Below are positions 63,370 to 64,000 of a stretch of DNA of 64,000 bases, piece after piece. Both the position numbers and the translations under genes were made by a program. Within the stretch, counting starts at the first letter, position 1; each line of letters begins with the position of its first letter. Origin of the DNA: Pristiophorus japonicus (taxonomy: Eukaryota); contig NC_091985.1 of the NCBI RefSeq assembly GCF_044704955.1, positions 89,156,001 through 89,220,000 of the forward strand, in the 5' to 3' direction. The notes under the pieces were generated by a model. The model did not search any database. It was given only the letters and a program-made list of their open reading frames with translations, and had not been told where the DNA came from.

Positions 63370-64000
63370 GGGAGGCAGAGGGAAGTAAAAAGGGGGCAGA
63401 AGCAAAAGGTAGGAAGAAGAAAAACAAGAGTGGAGGGCAGAGAAATCAAGGGCAAAAATCAAAAAGGGCCACATTACAACATAATTCTAAAAGGACAAAG
63501 AATGTTAAAAAAACAAGCCTGCATCAATGCGAGGAGCATTCGTAATAAAGTGGATGAATTAACTGCGCAGATAGCTGCTAACGGATATGATGTAATTGAG
63601 ATTACGGAGACATGGCTCCAGGGTAACTAAGACTGGGAACTCAACATCCAGGGGTATTCAATATTCAAGAAGGATAGACAGGAAGGAAAAGGAGGTGGGG
63701 TAGCGTTAATGGTTAAAGAGGAGAGTAACGCAATAGTAAGGAAGGACATTAGCCTAGATGATGTGGAATCTATATGGGTAGAAAACGTTAGTGGGAGTTG
63801 TGTACAGACCACCAAACAGTAGTAGGGAGGTTGGGGATAGCATCAAACAGGAAATTAGGCACGTGTGCAATAAAGGTACAGCAGATATCATAGGCGACTT
63901 TAATAGACATATAGATTGGGCTAACCAAACTGGTAGTAGTATTGTGGAGGAGGATTTCCTGGAGTGTATAAGGGATGGTTTTCTAGACCAATATGTCAAG
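63370..64000 (+). mobile_element. CR1 inter-ORF region and ORF2 endonuclease, continues beyond window
   Basis: NARSIRNKVDEL, ITETWL, VYRPPN, GDFN. Confidence 0.9.

Overview
Repeat-dominated, gene-poor vertebrate DNA, most likely a cartilaginous fish (shark-type CR1 LINEs, Deu-domain SINEs, Penelope-type repeat). No convincing host protein-coding gene was found: the long ORFs are transposon-derived or minisatellite artefacts. The window holds three Mag-like Ty3/Gypsy LTR retrotransposons (two complete, with 5-bp TSDs; all three with a tRNA-Ser(GCT)-type PBS), more than a dozen CR1 fragments, RTE and L2 fragments, and SINEs. It also holds a PIF/Harbinger-like family with GGGCT(A/G)GA-type TIRs and 3-bp TSDs, including a 3.2-kb element that carries only a spliced Myb/SANT-like gene and no transposase. 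Three Penelope-derived minimal hammerhead ribozyme motifs are present. One ancient CR1 has been expanded to about 15 kb by nested insertions. A 2.4-kb purine-strand minisatellite sits next to a promoter-like motif cluster, and a few repeat-free islands look enhancer-like.
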